Positions 12,204 to 25,501 of a stretch of 64,000 bases of DNA are shown here, in pieces. A program made the position numbers and the translations under genes. Source of the stretch: Octopus bimaculoides (lineage: Eukaryota); NCBI RefSeq assembly GCF_001194135.2, contig NC_068984.1:57104642-57168641 (forward strand), written 5' to 3'. Below the pieces are notes generated by a model that did no database searches, was not told the origin of the DNA, and saw nothing but the letters and a program-made list of their open reading frames with translations. How positions within the stretch are numbered: position 1 is the stretch's first letter; every line of letters starts with the position of its first letter.

Positions 12204-14129
12204 TATATGATATAAAAATATTTTCCAAATTCTTTCGTTTTAATGTAAAAAGTTTATTAATGTAATAAGTTTATGTTTCCTTGGTTTTCTCTTGGCAAAA
12301 TAAGAAATATAGCTATTTCAATTAATCCATAGAGAGAAACACTATAATCTTTTAACAGATTGCCATGAAGAGTTTGTATAGTTCTCTATTTCTTAACATG
12401 TGTGTAAGCACATTTATGAACTGCTTTTTCCCTCGCAATCAGTCATTTAATATAGTCAGTGCTAAATTTAAACTTGGTCAGGCCCTTAAAGTATGTGGCC
12501 TAATGGTTTGGGTGTTGAACTCATGATTATAAGGTTGTGGGTTTGATTCCTGAACTATTCAATGTGTTTTACTCTTGAGCAAGACACTTCATTTCATGTT
12601 GTCCCAATCTACTCAGCTAAAGTTGAATACCAGCCTTTTCTTTCTCCAGCTGTTACACCCTTGATGCTCTGCTGAGTTAAAATGTGGGAAGGCTGGAATG
12701 TTGCCAATATCTATTTGCAACTGCATAGGCACTTAAAACAATTACAAAAATTAGGGTACATGTTGCCATGTCATACTTGCTTATGAGAGATGACTATAGT
12801 TATGGTTTTAGGTGTTAAGCTATTTAAAGTTTGTTAAAATATTACACCAAAAATTCTCATAGAAATTGAAAACATGATTTTTATAAAATCATTTTGAGGT
12901 CCCATGTAGTGTCTCTTAAGCAATCCTGTCTTAAGCTATGCCCTTAGAAATATTTGAACTGTGCACTTCACCATGTAGTGTCTCTTAAGCAATCCAGTGA
13001 CTTTAGGAGTTGAAATGGGCACTTCAGTATGAAAATCCACTTGTCAGTTTGCTATGTTCTGTTTGGAGATGAAAGTATTTTAAGTTTGGAGAGGAAAGTA
13101 TTTTAATTTTGGTAAGCTTGGTCATTTTATGAGAATTGTTTAGCCACTTGGAGACAAAAAAAAAGAAGAAAAGAAATTTGTCAGCCCATTAGTTGTGTAG
13201 TACCTTATTCACTTGGCTACCTACACTCCCAATGTTCTTAATTTATCTATGTCAACCAGCCCTGTATTGTAAAATGTCAAGTATGGACTTGTAGATTTAT
13301 TCATTTATTTAACCTTGATTTTCGCAAGGATTGTCTTCTTTTTACATCTGTAAGAGGTGAACTCATAGCTGTTTTAGGATCTTCTACATTAAAGGACCAA
13401 GATATTAGGGATATTAATCTCTCTGCCATCCTTTCAACTTTCATTAAAAAAAATTGTAGCTGTTATGTGCTTGGGTGGACTTAATCAGTTATGCATGCAC
13501 TTTATGCTCCTCTTTCAAAGGTTCTACCCATTTTGATGATGGCTTAGTCTGGGAGTAACTGCAATACTTGTGACCTTTTTTGCAGAATGTTGGAGACTAG
13601 TAACAGAAAGTGTGGAAGAAGCCACAACATAGGTTATCCTCAGATCAGAGACTTGGTCTAAACACTTGCAAAAGAATGAACTCCACTAAAAGTACACAAG
13701 GACCAGGTGGCAGTGTTAAACTGAATGACAGATTAAGTCTACCATCCATGAACAGTTACTACTACACAGTTTCCATCTCACCAATTTTACTTACAAGGCT
13801 TTGGTTGACCCAAGGCGACAGTATAAGACAGTTACCACATTGTGAAACTGAACTCAGAATTATGTTATTTTAAAGTGAAATTCTTAACCACTCAGCAATA
13901 CCAGTAGTTACACTACAGATGTAGCAGATTCTTTTTGCAGTCACTCCTGAAAAAAAAGGAGGAGATAGTTTGATCAGTGATTTGGAGATTATCAGGGAGT
14001 TAGGTTTATTTATCAATGTTGAACTTCAAGATAAACTTTTGAATATATATCACTATGGAGGAACATTCTTCTAATGTCGTTCTTCTAATGTCTTAATACA
14101 TAGGTGTCATATTGTCAGGTGTCCTTAGC

Positions 14130-14328
14130 TGTAGAATCATTAGTGCATTGGACAAGGTGCTTAGTGGCATTTTAGTAGCCTTTATATTCAAATATAGTTG
14201 TGGTGACCTTTTCCTTTTGTCCTTTAGGGATCAATAAAATTAAGTACCAGTCAAATACTGGAGTTGATGTAATCATCTAACCCCCAACTCTCCCTAAAAT
14301 TGCTAACTCTGTGCTAAAATTTGAAACT
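14130..14328 (+). mobile_element. SINE family A copy
   Basis: Diverged head and body, tail gtgctaaaatttgaaact. Confidence 0.75.
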
Positions 14329-14699
14329 ATCATTACATAATTCATTAATAGAAAATTTTTTGAGGGCCTCCATTACTAACGGGAGGGAAAAATTTATTCT
14401 CATACAGATGTCTTGTACACTTGAGTCAGAATGAACTTCACTAAAGGCACTCAAGGGTCTATTGGTGGTGTTAAATATACCACCCCAAAAGCAATAATGG
14501 CTTTCACACAGTTTCTGTCTGCAAAATTTCACTCACAAGGCTGTGATAAAAGATGCTTGCTCAAGGTGCAATGAGTTGAGGTTGAGTGGAGAATCACAGA
14601 GTTACAAAGCTAACTTCTTAACTATACAGTTTTGTATGTGCCTGTCATTAGACACACACATATCCTATTTCATCATCTCTGCATTTTTCACCAGCATCA

Positions 14700-14820
14700 T
14701 CTTTAATTTCTTCACCATCATCATTATCATTGATGTCATCATCATTATTATAGTTGTCATCATCATTATCCTTGTTGTCATCATCATTATCCTTGTTGTC
14801 ATCATCATTATCCTTGTTTT
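14700..14820. repeat. CAT-rich tract with a 21-bp unit (CATCATCATTATCCTTGTTGT) repeated about 2.7 times
   Basis: Direct reading; it produces the low-complexity ORFs at 14543-15011. Confidence 0.9.
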
Positions 14821-15619
14821 CTTCTTTATGCAAAATATGTTGGAAAATACTTGCTCAGGAGTTTTGGAAATATTTCTCAACCAGAACAATCAAAATATTT
14901 CATGAAATTTGGTTTGTGTGGGAGGTGGTGAGAAGGAATTTATTTACATCTGGTTGCTGCTGTCCTTCAGTTGCCTCATTTACTGGGAATATTTTTCAAA
15001 ATAGGAAGTGACCCAAGGAAAAGAAGCAATACTCTTTTGAATAACACTTCTTGTAATAATGTAAGTATGAATCAGAATGTGTGGAATTAAAAAAATGTTA
15101 AAAAAAAAAATCCAATATTAATTTGATGACAATAATGAAATAGATGAAAATGAAATGTATGACTCACAAGAGGGACATCTGCAAGGGAAAGAGAATAGAT
15201 TTTCTGCTAATGAATTGTGTAATAATGAATCTTTTTTTCTTTTTCTTTTTCTTCATTAAGGATGTCTGGTAATATTTCATTATCTGTATTGAAAGACCAC
15301 TACACAGCTGGAAAAGTACACTTAACATATTTATATGCATGCAAGAGCAAAAAAGCCTCTATCAGGTTGTTCAGACTGCTAGAAAGAGCAGCTAAACCTC
15401 CCTTAATATGCTACCATCTTCAAAAAATGACACTTGATTACCTTCAAAGGGAGGAGGGGAAACACTGGATGATCATGGCTGGAATACTTTTGATCATAGA
15501 TCTGCTAACCAGTGTGGTGCTAAACAAACAACAACAATATTCAAAACCAATGAGATAGCCTCTACATCGGGTGTAGATAACATTTTTAAGAAGGTTCCAT
15601 GGGTTGCATATGACTGCTC

Positions 15620-15810
15620 TGCATGATCACGTGACATGCTAGAAACAACAGCTAAATCTTCCTCAAATCACACCCTACTATCTTACAATAGAAAGGACAT
15701 GTTAGATAAGGTAGTCCTAGTTATTTGCCAACAAGATGGGGTGGCCAAGCTTAAAATACCTTTAATCATAGTTCTGCTCATTCAGAGCTGGCGTGGAGAT
15801 AATCAACATT
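15620..15810 (+). mobile_element. Representative copy of interspersed repeat family E (about 190 bp, often ends in (CAA)n)
   Basis: tgctagaaa..agctaaatct..ctcaaatcacaccctac..ggataa..gtcctag..ctttgatcatag. Other copies near 4820, 37840, 61170 (+) and 19010, 28500, 38270, 43045, 51010, 62585 (-). Confidence 0.65.
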
Positions 15811-16479
15811 AAAAAGTAACCTATCACCTGGTAGATAAAACAACACTCTAACATCTTCCAAAGTTTTTTGCCCAGTTGTAGACCATATTACATACTTTGA
15901 TATACAGTTTGCTGTATCACTGTAGTGTGGAATTTTAAACATGTTTCATCCATTATCTAGCCTGTCTCTGTATGCTTGTGGGTACTGGTATACCAGGTAA
16001 ACATAGCTATTACTCTCCTGCACTTCTAGCGATGTGCAACCCAACAGAATGTTTCTGGTTTATCAGATGTTTATTACTTAAATCAATATCAGCTCTGATC
16101 ATGCAGTCAGCTAAATGATTAGTTACAATCCACATATCCATAGCTTTAAAATTGTAGCTATTCTTTGCAATTTCTAAATTCTAAGACTTGACAGATATGA
16201 AGTAGTTGAAGGTGATGCTGCACATAGTACTACAGATGTAAAGTGTTCACTTACAACAGTAACACCAAAGAATATATAACTAACCATTACATTCAATAAT
16301 ATAAATTGACCACACTCATACAGAAGATAATAAATACATGTTTGTGATTTTATCAAGCCCTGAGGCTTTTAAGGTTTTTTGTAATATTCCTGTTGCTTTG
16401 GTAATTGATGAAAGGAAGTCAAGATTATGCTTAACATGGAAAGCTCACATCCTGCACTTTGTATTTCTATCATGACTGT

Positions 16480-16890
16480 GTAGAAAAAAGCTTACTACCC
16501 AACCATTTGGTTCTGGCCTCAATCCCACTGCATGGTACATTGAACAAGTGTCTTTTTCTATACCTTTGGGCCTTGTATGTCGATTAGATAAACAGAAACT
16601 GAAAGAAGCTCATCATACATATGTAGTTATATGAATGTGTGCATATTTGTGTGCATGTGAGTTGTTGTCCCCTTGTCTTGTCATCGCATAATTGTTAATC
16701 AGTGTCACTGTCATACAGCTGGTGTGTTCCATTACCAGTCTTCCATGAGAAAGATATTACCTTACTTGAAAACAGGAGAGTTGATAACAGGAAGGATATC
16801 CAGACATAGAAAACCTGTCATAAGAAATTCCATCTTACCCATGTGAACATTGAAAAGCGGACATTAAAATGATGATGATGATGATGATCT
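16480..16890 (+). mobile_element. Diverged tRNA-headed SINE (head like 53190-53454, (GAT)n tail like family C)
   Basis: ccaaccatttggttctgg..cccactgcatgg..aagtgtc..gaaactgaaagaagc; ends aaagcggacattaaaa(tga)n. Confidence 0.7.
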
Positions 16891-17849
16891 TAGTGTGGTT
16901 TTGATAACTTCTTTTAGAAAAATAAAAGACATTTTGCTTATTGAATGTAGGTAATTTGGTTGAAAGTGTTTGTTTGTGCTTCTATTCTCTCTACACATGA
17001 ACAACAACAAAAACCCCTTCAAAGCTTCTAAAAATACTAGTCCGCTCTCTCTCTCTCTTAGGCACATGCATGCGCGTGTGCACACACACACATGCACGCG
17101 CATTGCAAAAATTGAATTCTGAAGATTAGGCATCTTCATTAGGGCCAGAAATTACTCCAGCCCTGATCAGTTGCTGGCCCTTTGTAATGAACAAGCGTGG
17201 CAGTTATTGGATCACTGCTTACAAATGTGGGGCAAAGCTACTGCTACATGTTAAAAACAACATAGATTCTATTCATAAAAAGACTATATGGCTGATTAGC
17301 AAAAAAATCAATCAATAGCATTCTACTACAACTAGCTCACCACAGACATGTTGTGTCTTCTCTCATATGTCTGATGCTATTACAATATCCTCTAATCTTC
17401 CAAACTAGCTGACTGCATATTCTTCAACCAAAGTCTAGTTGTCACATCCATCTCTCCTTTCTTCAGCTCTGCCTTTTTGTATCACTCCACTGAGTCTTCT
17501 GAATGATTTATCCAGTCTTTTCTCAAAATGCTCCTCCCCACTGGGCACTTGCACTTTTCTTGTAGATGACCAAGACTTCTGGCAATTTGCTGTGTTTGAG
17601 AAGGCATGTGAAGCTAAGTGAAATTGTAGTCATGGGCAGTGCTGGTGACATAAAAAGCACTCTGCCAGTGATTTGTAAAAGACACCCAGTACACTCTGTA
17701 AAATGATTGGCATTAGGAAGGACATCCAGCTGTTAAAGCCAAGCCAAAAAGATGACTGGAGCCTGGTGCAGCTCTCTGGCTTTCCAACTCCAGTCAAACC
17801 ATCTAACACATGCCAGCATGGAAAACAGATATAAAATGAGGAGGAGGGG

Positions 17850-19000
17850 ACCTTCGATATTCAAACTAGATATCAACCACATCAGTCTCACCAGTCCAGA
17901 AGAACCTATCAAGATCATCTGCACTGATCCTCCTCTGACTAAATTTTTTTTAAATACTTTTGTTAAATATATGTGTTGTATCTTTATTGGTGATTGTGGT
18001 GTTCAATTCTGTAAACTATAATTCTCAGTGAAGTGGTACATTTTTGAAATGTCTAAAATTATTTTTGTTTTGTTCATTGATGTCTAAATGTGTTGTGGCA
18101 ATAATGGGCAAGAGGTGATCAGAAGACAGTTTTGATGGTGGGGTTGGGGAGTTTGTTTGCCATGTGATTATAGTAGGTTTGTGGAGCAGAAGGTGAAGTC
18201 TGAGGAGGAGTTTGTTATTGTAGTTATCTTGGTGAGATAAAGGGAATTTATTCGAGATGCTACTGTGTCATCTCTCATCATCAGAATTTTATTTTACCAT
18301 ATGTGCTGTATGCTTTGAAGTCTTTGTAATTTAAGTGTTAGAGTTTGTTATGCTGTTATGACTGAAGTGTGTAAATTCATGGAATAGTTTATGAAGGTGA
18401 TGATGATAAGTGTATTATGTTAAAGTATTCCATGTTACTAGTTTTTATCTTGAACACTTAGATTTCTAGCATGATACTATACTGTAAATGAGTTCAAACC
18501 TTGCTTAGTAATTATATACTGGGCACATAATTTTATGAGACCCCACTATGGTTTGACCTGTCTTGCTTTATCAGAGCAGTAATCTAGGATTTAATTTGTT
18601 CTGTAAGAGTTTCTTGCACTGTGATGAAACTTTTCAATTCACAAAATTTTTCATGCTATCTGTGCTGTACTGTAAGTTTAGATTTTTGTGTGTTATGATT
18701 ATATAGGGAGAATTAGCCTTTCTCGATCCCTGTTTCTTTGGCATTTTATTGGCAAAAGGGCAACAACACTTATGACTTTTTTCAGGTGGTATGTATGAAG
18801 ACTGGTGGGAGTAAGGAGAAAGATTTTGTTAGACTAGAAGCTCAGTCCAAATTCTTACAAATGTTACTCCACTATATGTTGGTAAAAAGATGTAAATTTT
18901 GAATTACGTTGTAGTTTATTGATTGTTTTAGTTGTCGTATTGTAGTGAATAATATTAGATTGTTAAGAGCCTTAAATTTTAATGGGAATGCAACAAAGAT
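17850..19000 (-). mobile_element. Highly degraded probable LINE remnant
   Basis: GT-rich plus strand; broken minus-strand peptides loosely recall LINE RT C-terminal regions. No intact motif. Confidence 0.3.
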
Positions 19001-19793
19001 GTTTCTGGTATCACATCATCTTACTTAGCTCTGAGTCAATTGTGATCCAACACACCTATAATGAAAACGAAACTGCAACCATGACCATTCCATATCCTAT
19101 TTTCATCCTCCTATATTTCTGGCATAACATTATCAAATTTCTTCTTAACTTTTTAAGATAGTAGGGATAGTGTGAGTGAAATTTGACTGCTGTTTGAAGG
19201 TAAAAATTTAGGGAAAAATTATTACTTACCTTGATTTATTAATCATACTTGAATATTACAAAATTCTAAATAACTCAACCAGTAGTATGGATTCTCTTAA
19301 GCCTTAAATTATATTTTCTAAAATCCACCGGGCTTCTGGATCTTGCTTGTGGTGCACCAGTGTACTATAGTGTACTATTTTAAAACTGCAGGTGTAGACA
19401 TCTCCTTGTTCACTCACATTTTCATGTTTTGTTGTGATTTGAGTTGTGTAGGTATGCTTCGTGCTGGGATGATCCTTCACTTTTGATAACTGAATTGTCT
19501 TTTTTTTTTTTGTGGAGTCATTCACTTTTGTAACTTTTTCACATGTGGTGCTGATTTGCTTGTTTCCTGAATTGGCTTTTTATCATTTAACCTGTTATCC
19601 ATTTGTGACATTTTCAGGCATATATTTTCTGATTTGAATTCATCAAAATGTATATTAACTTTTTAAACAATTGAAGAATAGTTTAAAAGAGATTTGAGTA
19701 ATATTGCAAGTAGTTTATGCAACCAATTAGAAACTTGCTTTGTGAATTCACAGATCTATTTTATCATCATCATTTTACATCTACTTTCCATTA

Positions 19794-20170
19794 GTGGAGG
19801 CGCAATGGCCCAGTGGTTAGGGCAACGGACTCGCAGTCATAGGATTACGGTTTTGATTCCCAGTCCGGGCATTGTGAGTGTTTATAGAGCAAAAACACCT
19901 AAAGCTCTACGAGGCTCTGGCAGGGGGTAGTGGCAAACCCTGCTGTACTCTTTCTCCACCACTTTCACTCTTTCTTCCTGTTTCTGTTGTGCCTGTATTT
20001 CAAAGGGCCAGCCTTGTCACACTCTGTGTGACGCTGAATCTCCTCCAAGAACTACGTTAAGGCTACCTATGTCTGTGGAGTGCTCAGCCACTTGCACGTT
20101 AACTTCACGAGCAGGCTGTTCCATTGATTGGATCAACTGAAACCCTCATCGTCATAACCGACAGAGTGCC
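19794..20170 (+). mobile_element. Full-length tRNA-derived SINE family B with 11-bp TSD
   Basis: A-box TGGCCCAGTGG, B-box-like GGTTTTGATTCC; TSD ACTTTCCATTA at 19783-19793 and 20171-20181. Confidence 0.88.
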
Positions 20171-22639
20171 ACTTTCCATTATGACATAGATTGGATACAC
20201 TTTGAATCAGTTCTTGTTTAGAGTTACTGCCTTCCTAGACATGATGAAGACTTGTGTTACTTGTAGGTTCTATATTTGGTATGGCTTATAGCTGGATGCC
20301 CTTCCTGGCATGAACCATGTTACAGAGTGTATTGGGTGCATTTTGTCATGGCGCCAGCACTAGAAAGCTTGTCATGTCCTTGATGAGATGAGGCTAAAGG
20401 GTTCTCTTGAGCATACATTGTCTTCATTTTTACCTGCCACTTTACAATGCACTGGGGTACATTCTATTGTGGCTCAAGTACTCTGAAGTTACCTTATACC
20501 ACATAAGATAAATGAATCCTCATTGCACTATATAATCTCCATTTGTTCAAAGTAATATAACCAACAGTGTAGGTAGGAAAGAGAGTAATGATCTAGAAAT
20601 TATCTGTTGTGATCTATAGAACCTCTAGAGGTCTGTGCTAATTGTCAAATATAAACTCTTTTGAAAGAATAAGAACTGATTATTAATTTCCTTTTATTTT
20701 GAAGCAAAAGGCCAGTGTTTCCACTTAACTGTGATTTCATATTTCATTAAACTATTGCTGTTAATGTGGACTGGCAGAACTGCCAACATCAACTTCACCT
20801 TTCATTCTTCTAGAGTTGATAAAATACCAGTCAAGTACTGGGGTTGAAATCATACCCACCCCACAAATTCCTAACCTTGTGTCTGTATTAGAAATGATTA
20901 TTATAACTTATTGACAAATGAAGTTATGATAATTTGTCAGCAAATGGAATTTGTGGTCCAGTCCTTTCTTTCTGTGGTTAGAAATACTTCACTTATGCTA
21001 CCAATCAATACATTTCAAAAAAATTAAATATTACATTTCCTTTCTCCTGTAACTTTTGATTCATCATTAAAAAATACTCCTCTCCCCTTATCGTGGTTGT
21101 CATCATCATCATAATCATTGCAGTTGTAATATTATTTCCTGTTTGTCATCATCTGTTTTATCATTCAGCAATTAATATAAAGTATGTACTATTTCTGTTT
21201 TCTGTGAGCCAATGAAGAAGTCTGTGTTGTTACTGAAACTAAGAAATAGCAACCAACTCTCATTTGTATCATGCTCTGCCATTTATCTAAAAAAAAAAGA
21301 AAGGAAATAAAAAAAAGGGGGGAAGGACTCTTTGGATTATGTGATCTTAGATACATTGTGTTGGAAGAAAAAAACAGACTGTTTCTTGCTTGATTAACTT
21401 TGAAGTTTAATTGATCAGGGCTGAACAACAACTAGGAGCAGACCTATTGCTTGATTCGGGTTCTATTTGAAACTATTTATATCTCCCTGACATTCATAAT
21501 TCTCTTTGATGAATAAGAACATCATAAATCCCATTTTTCTTTCCTTTAAAATCTCAGGTGCCAGAATGGGTTTCTCAGTTTCCAAAAAGCTGATTTCTGT
21601 ACGTTTTTGACTTGTAAGTTGATAAAACCATGAAAAATACATGTATTATTTCTCTTCATTAAACATGTAAGTTACTGTTTGTGTGTAAGAAATCTTTATT
21701 ATTATAAAACCAGCCTATCATCTATTCATTACCATATCATTTAGAATACTGTAAAAAGTAGTTGTGAATGATAAGAAAGACGTTAGAACACTAGGTTTTG
21801 ATACCATTGTTTTCCTAGTCAGATTTTATTAGACTCACCTTTTCCTTTCACTGTTAAAGCAAGTTCTAGTCAAATACTGGGGTTGATTACATTTACATAC
21901 CTTTACTATACAATGAATGATCTTGTGCAAAATTTATGCGTTATGTTCTGGGGGACATTCAACTTAAGGATAATGGATAATTATCAGAAATTCTTGACCT
22001 GGAAGTGTTACTGAGAGGCAATACCGGTTTGAGATAAACTTTACAGGCATGGAACTGCCATCAATAAGCCTGTCCAAGATATATACAGAGCAACAAAATC
22101 ATTCTGAATGCACTCATTCTTTGTTCTAGCATTACTGATTTATGGAGTTATGTTCAACAACTGGTGTTGTGTATAGAAAAGATTTAGTTATCAACTGAAT
22201 CCATTGAGAAAATTGCTCTACTACCTCCTTTCTTTAACTGTCAAAGGTAGGCAATTTTTCTCTGGTAGCAAATATGAAATAGGTGCTGAAAGCAATAAAG
22301 ACAGTCACTTTGCTCTTCAGCCCTTAAATTTAGAAAGAAGTGTGAGGGTAGAGAGGGAAGTGCTATAATGTAGCAAATTTATTAAAAGGTGTCTGGTGAG
22401 AATGGCATGAGTGAATGGGTGTACTTTCAACATGCATCAATTGGCTAACGAATGTCCTTTTGAAAGATGATAGTTGAGGTTATCTTGACTCTGAGGAGTT
22501 CTTTGATTGGCCCTAGTTGCCCCTTTTTTCTATTGGCTATAACATTTTTATCCTGTGCCTACTATTTTTTTCATCCTATTTTCATGTAAACTACCATACT
22601 TTTTGTCTCTTTAATGTCTCATCCAACTGGCTTCCTCAA

Positions 22640-23220
22640 GACATATATGATGCCTCTGATCTCTCTGGGGTTGATAAAATAAGGTACCAGTCAAGTAATG
22701 GATTCAATATAATACACTAACCTCCTTCTTCAAAATTTCAGGCCCTCTGCTTTATGCTAGAAACAATTATTTTCATCATTATCATCATCATCATCAAGAC
22801 AGCGAGCTGGCAGATGCATTAGCATTCCAACGAAATACTTAGTGGCATTTCATCTGTCTTTACATTCTGAGTTCAAATTCTGCCTATGTTTGCATTTTAT
22901 CTTTTCAAGATTACTAAAATATCTACCAGTTGAGTACTGATGGGCAGGGGATGGTTGATGTAATCAATTTGCCCCTCCTCCAAAATTACTGAACCTTATT
23001 ATTATTAAGGTGGCAAGCTAGCAGGATCGTTAGCATGCCAGACAATTTGCTTCGTGGCATTTCATCCGTCTTTATGTTCTGAGTTCAAATTCCACTGAGG
23101 TCAACTTTGCCTTTCATTCTTTTGGGGTCGATGAAATAAGTACCAGTTATGCACTGGGATCGATGTTATTAACTTCCTCCCATCTCTCAAATTTCAGGCC
23201 TTGTGCCTTTAGTAGAAAGG
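22640..23220 (+). mobile_element. Three tandem SINE family A copies
   Basis: Units near 22640, 22795 and 23007; the last ends gccttgtgcctttagtagaaagg(att)n, directly against the second R4-like remnant. Confidence 0.85.
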
Positions 23221-23261
23221 ATTATTATTGTTATTATTATCATCATCATCATCATTATCAT

Positions 23262-23737
23262 CCTCATTTTTCACCATTTGGTAGTTTCAAGTAAATTTCT
23301 ACTTCATCACCTGCTACACCTCCGTGTTGCTGGGGGGGGGGGTGCATTGTGTATTCTTTTTTGTTGTTGGGATTGTGCAAACTCTTTGTATTGCATCAGT
23401 TTCTTTTTTTTTTATGGGGTGTGGTGCAGTCTTTTGTTATATATATGTTCATAATGTGTGTAATGCATTGGGTAGTTGGCATGCTGGTGGTAGTTTATTT
23501 TATTGGATATTTGCTATATAGAGTCTGTCTTGTGTTTGTGAATTGTTTTGTTTTGGTTATATTATTGAATTGATAGTCTCTTGTGTAGGATGTGGGCTTT
23601 TCTTAGCAGAGCTATTTTTGGATAGTGTGTAGTGTTGTGGATCCAGGTATAGCTTCAACGTTTTTGTTCATGTGTTTTTTTATCATGCCTAATGTTCTAA
23701 TTATTACTGGTATTGTTTTCACCTTCATGCCCCACAT
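23262..23737 (-). mobile_element. Second, strongly 5'-truncated R4/Dong-like remnant (C-terminus plus 3' UTR)
   Basis: Minus strand 23737-23562 reads MWGMKVKTIPVIIRTLGMIKKHMNKNVEAIPGSTTLHTIQK, then a frameshift, then IALLRKAHILHKRLSIQ*. This is homologous to the C-terminus at 9746-9910. (ATT)n on both sides. Confidence 0.8.
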
Positions 23738-25022
23738 ATTATTATTATTATTTGTTATTATTATAAGCATTACTTCTTATACTGCTTACTGTATTATTTA
23801 AATGGTATGAATATTCAGAATTTCTACCAGAAACAATTTTGTAAAACAAAAATGATTTACAACAGTCTACTGTTGAAATTCTGCCATGACTATTATTTAC
23901 TATTTCTTCTATCTTTTCAAAAATGTCATGAATATTACTAGCAACTTACAACTTACACAGCTCTCAACTTTTATAATGTTCAGGATTTTATTAGCTACTA
24001 ATTTCATAGGTTATATTCTAATTTCTTGAATTTTCTGTGGCTTGACTGAGTAGTTTACAGGATGGCCACAGACATTCCTGTGTGTTATTTGCCATCATCT
24101 GAATATCTAGATATCAGTGACTGTTGCATCTCCCATGATTAATGATAAGAAGATGCAATTGCTTAAAACTCACCATGTGTTAATCACTAAAGAATCCTCT
24201 CTAAAAGTGTAATTCTGAGCAGCATGTCTTCACTTCACAGAATGCAGTACCTTTACTGCAGATAATACCATGTCCCAGCATGAAGGAGAGAAAATAAATA
24301 TATGCTCTTCGTGGTTACATTTCTAGAAAAGACCCATGGAGCGAAGCAGATAGTTGTTAGGTTCATTTGTAACATTTGATTTAGTTTTAAACTGTTGTGC
24401 TTTAATATAGTTATAGATGGGAAGAGGAATGGGAAGAGTGTTTCTGCCTTCATAATGTTTCTTGTAGACCAACAAAAGTGTGTCATGAAAGCAGTGGTAT
24501 AGTGTATCATGGTCTTAATTTTACCATTTCTTCAGTTGGAATAAGAAATTTACCCCCTTCCTGTCACAAGCAATGTTAAGATGTGATGAGATAACAAAGG
24601 CAGCTAATGTGTAACAGTATAAAGACTGTACATGCATTTCTTATCTTTTATATTTTCATTTCATTGATCAGTTCAGTTATCCAATAAAGATATTGATTGA
24701 GATTGCGACAGCAGTGTTTACTAATAAATCTCAGTTGGAAATATGTATGAGGATCATCTCATAAAAATAAAAATATCTCCAATCTTTATTTTTATCATTT
24801 TGAGTTCTTGATGTGTATTTTAGTTACATAAGTCATACTGCTTATGAAAATATGGAAGCTACAATAAAATAGACTGGAATATAAAAACAAAATCTGAAGG
24901 TAAACATAGCCAAAACTATATAATATTAGTCTGTAGGAATCTTTCGAACCCTGATATGTTCAGAACACAAGGGAAAACAATAATCTATTAACAAAGTGTT
25001 AGAGCTAAGCAGAGTTTAGACA

Positions 25023-25501
25023 TGAGTAGAATTAGGTAAGTTGAAATATGTTTGTCACATATTTCAACTGCTAAAAGGCGAATACACTGCAGTTACCATG
25101 AAGAATATATCTCTCTTATGGTAAAAAGGTGTGAAAACACTCAATTCGTTCAGTGTCACTATCTATTAGAAATCTCAGACATTGAGGTTTCATAATTCTA
25201 AAATAACAAAGTGTTAGTGCTAAGCAGTGTTTAGGCATAGTTTGATTGGATTATACATAAAGCTATGGCTTTATAAGTTCGTTCAGAGTTGCTTCTCTTA
25301 GGTACATCTCGTTGACAAGAGCCAAGAAGCTTGAAACATCAATGTCTTAGATTCCTAATAGATGGTGACACTGAATAAACTGGGTGTTTTCACACCTTTT
25401 TACCATAAGAGAGATATATTCTCTACAGGAACTGCAGTGTATTTGCCTTTTAGCAGTTGAAATATGTGACAAACATATTTCAACTTACCTAATTCTGCTC
25501 A
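25023..25501. repeat. Inverted repeat with 170-bp arms and about 140-bp spacer; each arm contains an internal hairpin
   Basis: Arms 25023-25192 and 25332-25501 are about 90% identical; internal hairpin AGTTGAAATATG-tttgtca-CATATTTCAACT in each arm. Confidence 0.92.
25306..25352 (+). ncRNA. Decayed type I hammerhead ribozyme motif
   Basis: Stem I 5' ATCTCG; core TTGACAA (vs CUGANGA); stem II GAGC-caagaa-GCTT; GAAA; stem III ACA-tcaa-TGT; C17 (GUC, cut after 25346); stem I 3' TTAGAT (TGAGAT in the inverted arm). Confidence 0.65.

Noticed and set aside
12903-12996. 24-bp direct duplication CATGTAGTGTCTCTTAAGCAATCC
   Set aside because: A small local duplication with no TIR, ORF or other structure.
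22015-22075. Minus-strand AAACCGGTA resembling a fourth minimal hammerhead
   Set aside because: No recognisable CUGANGA core, and stem I is not adjacent; too degenerate to call.
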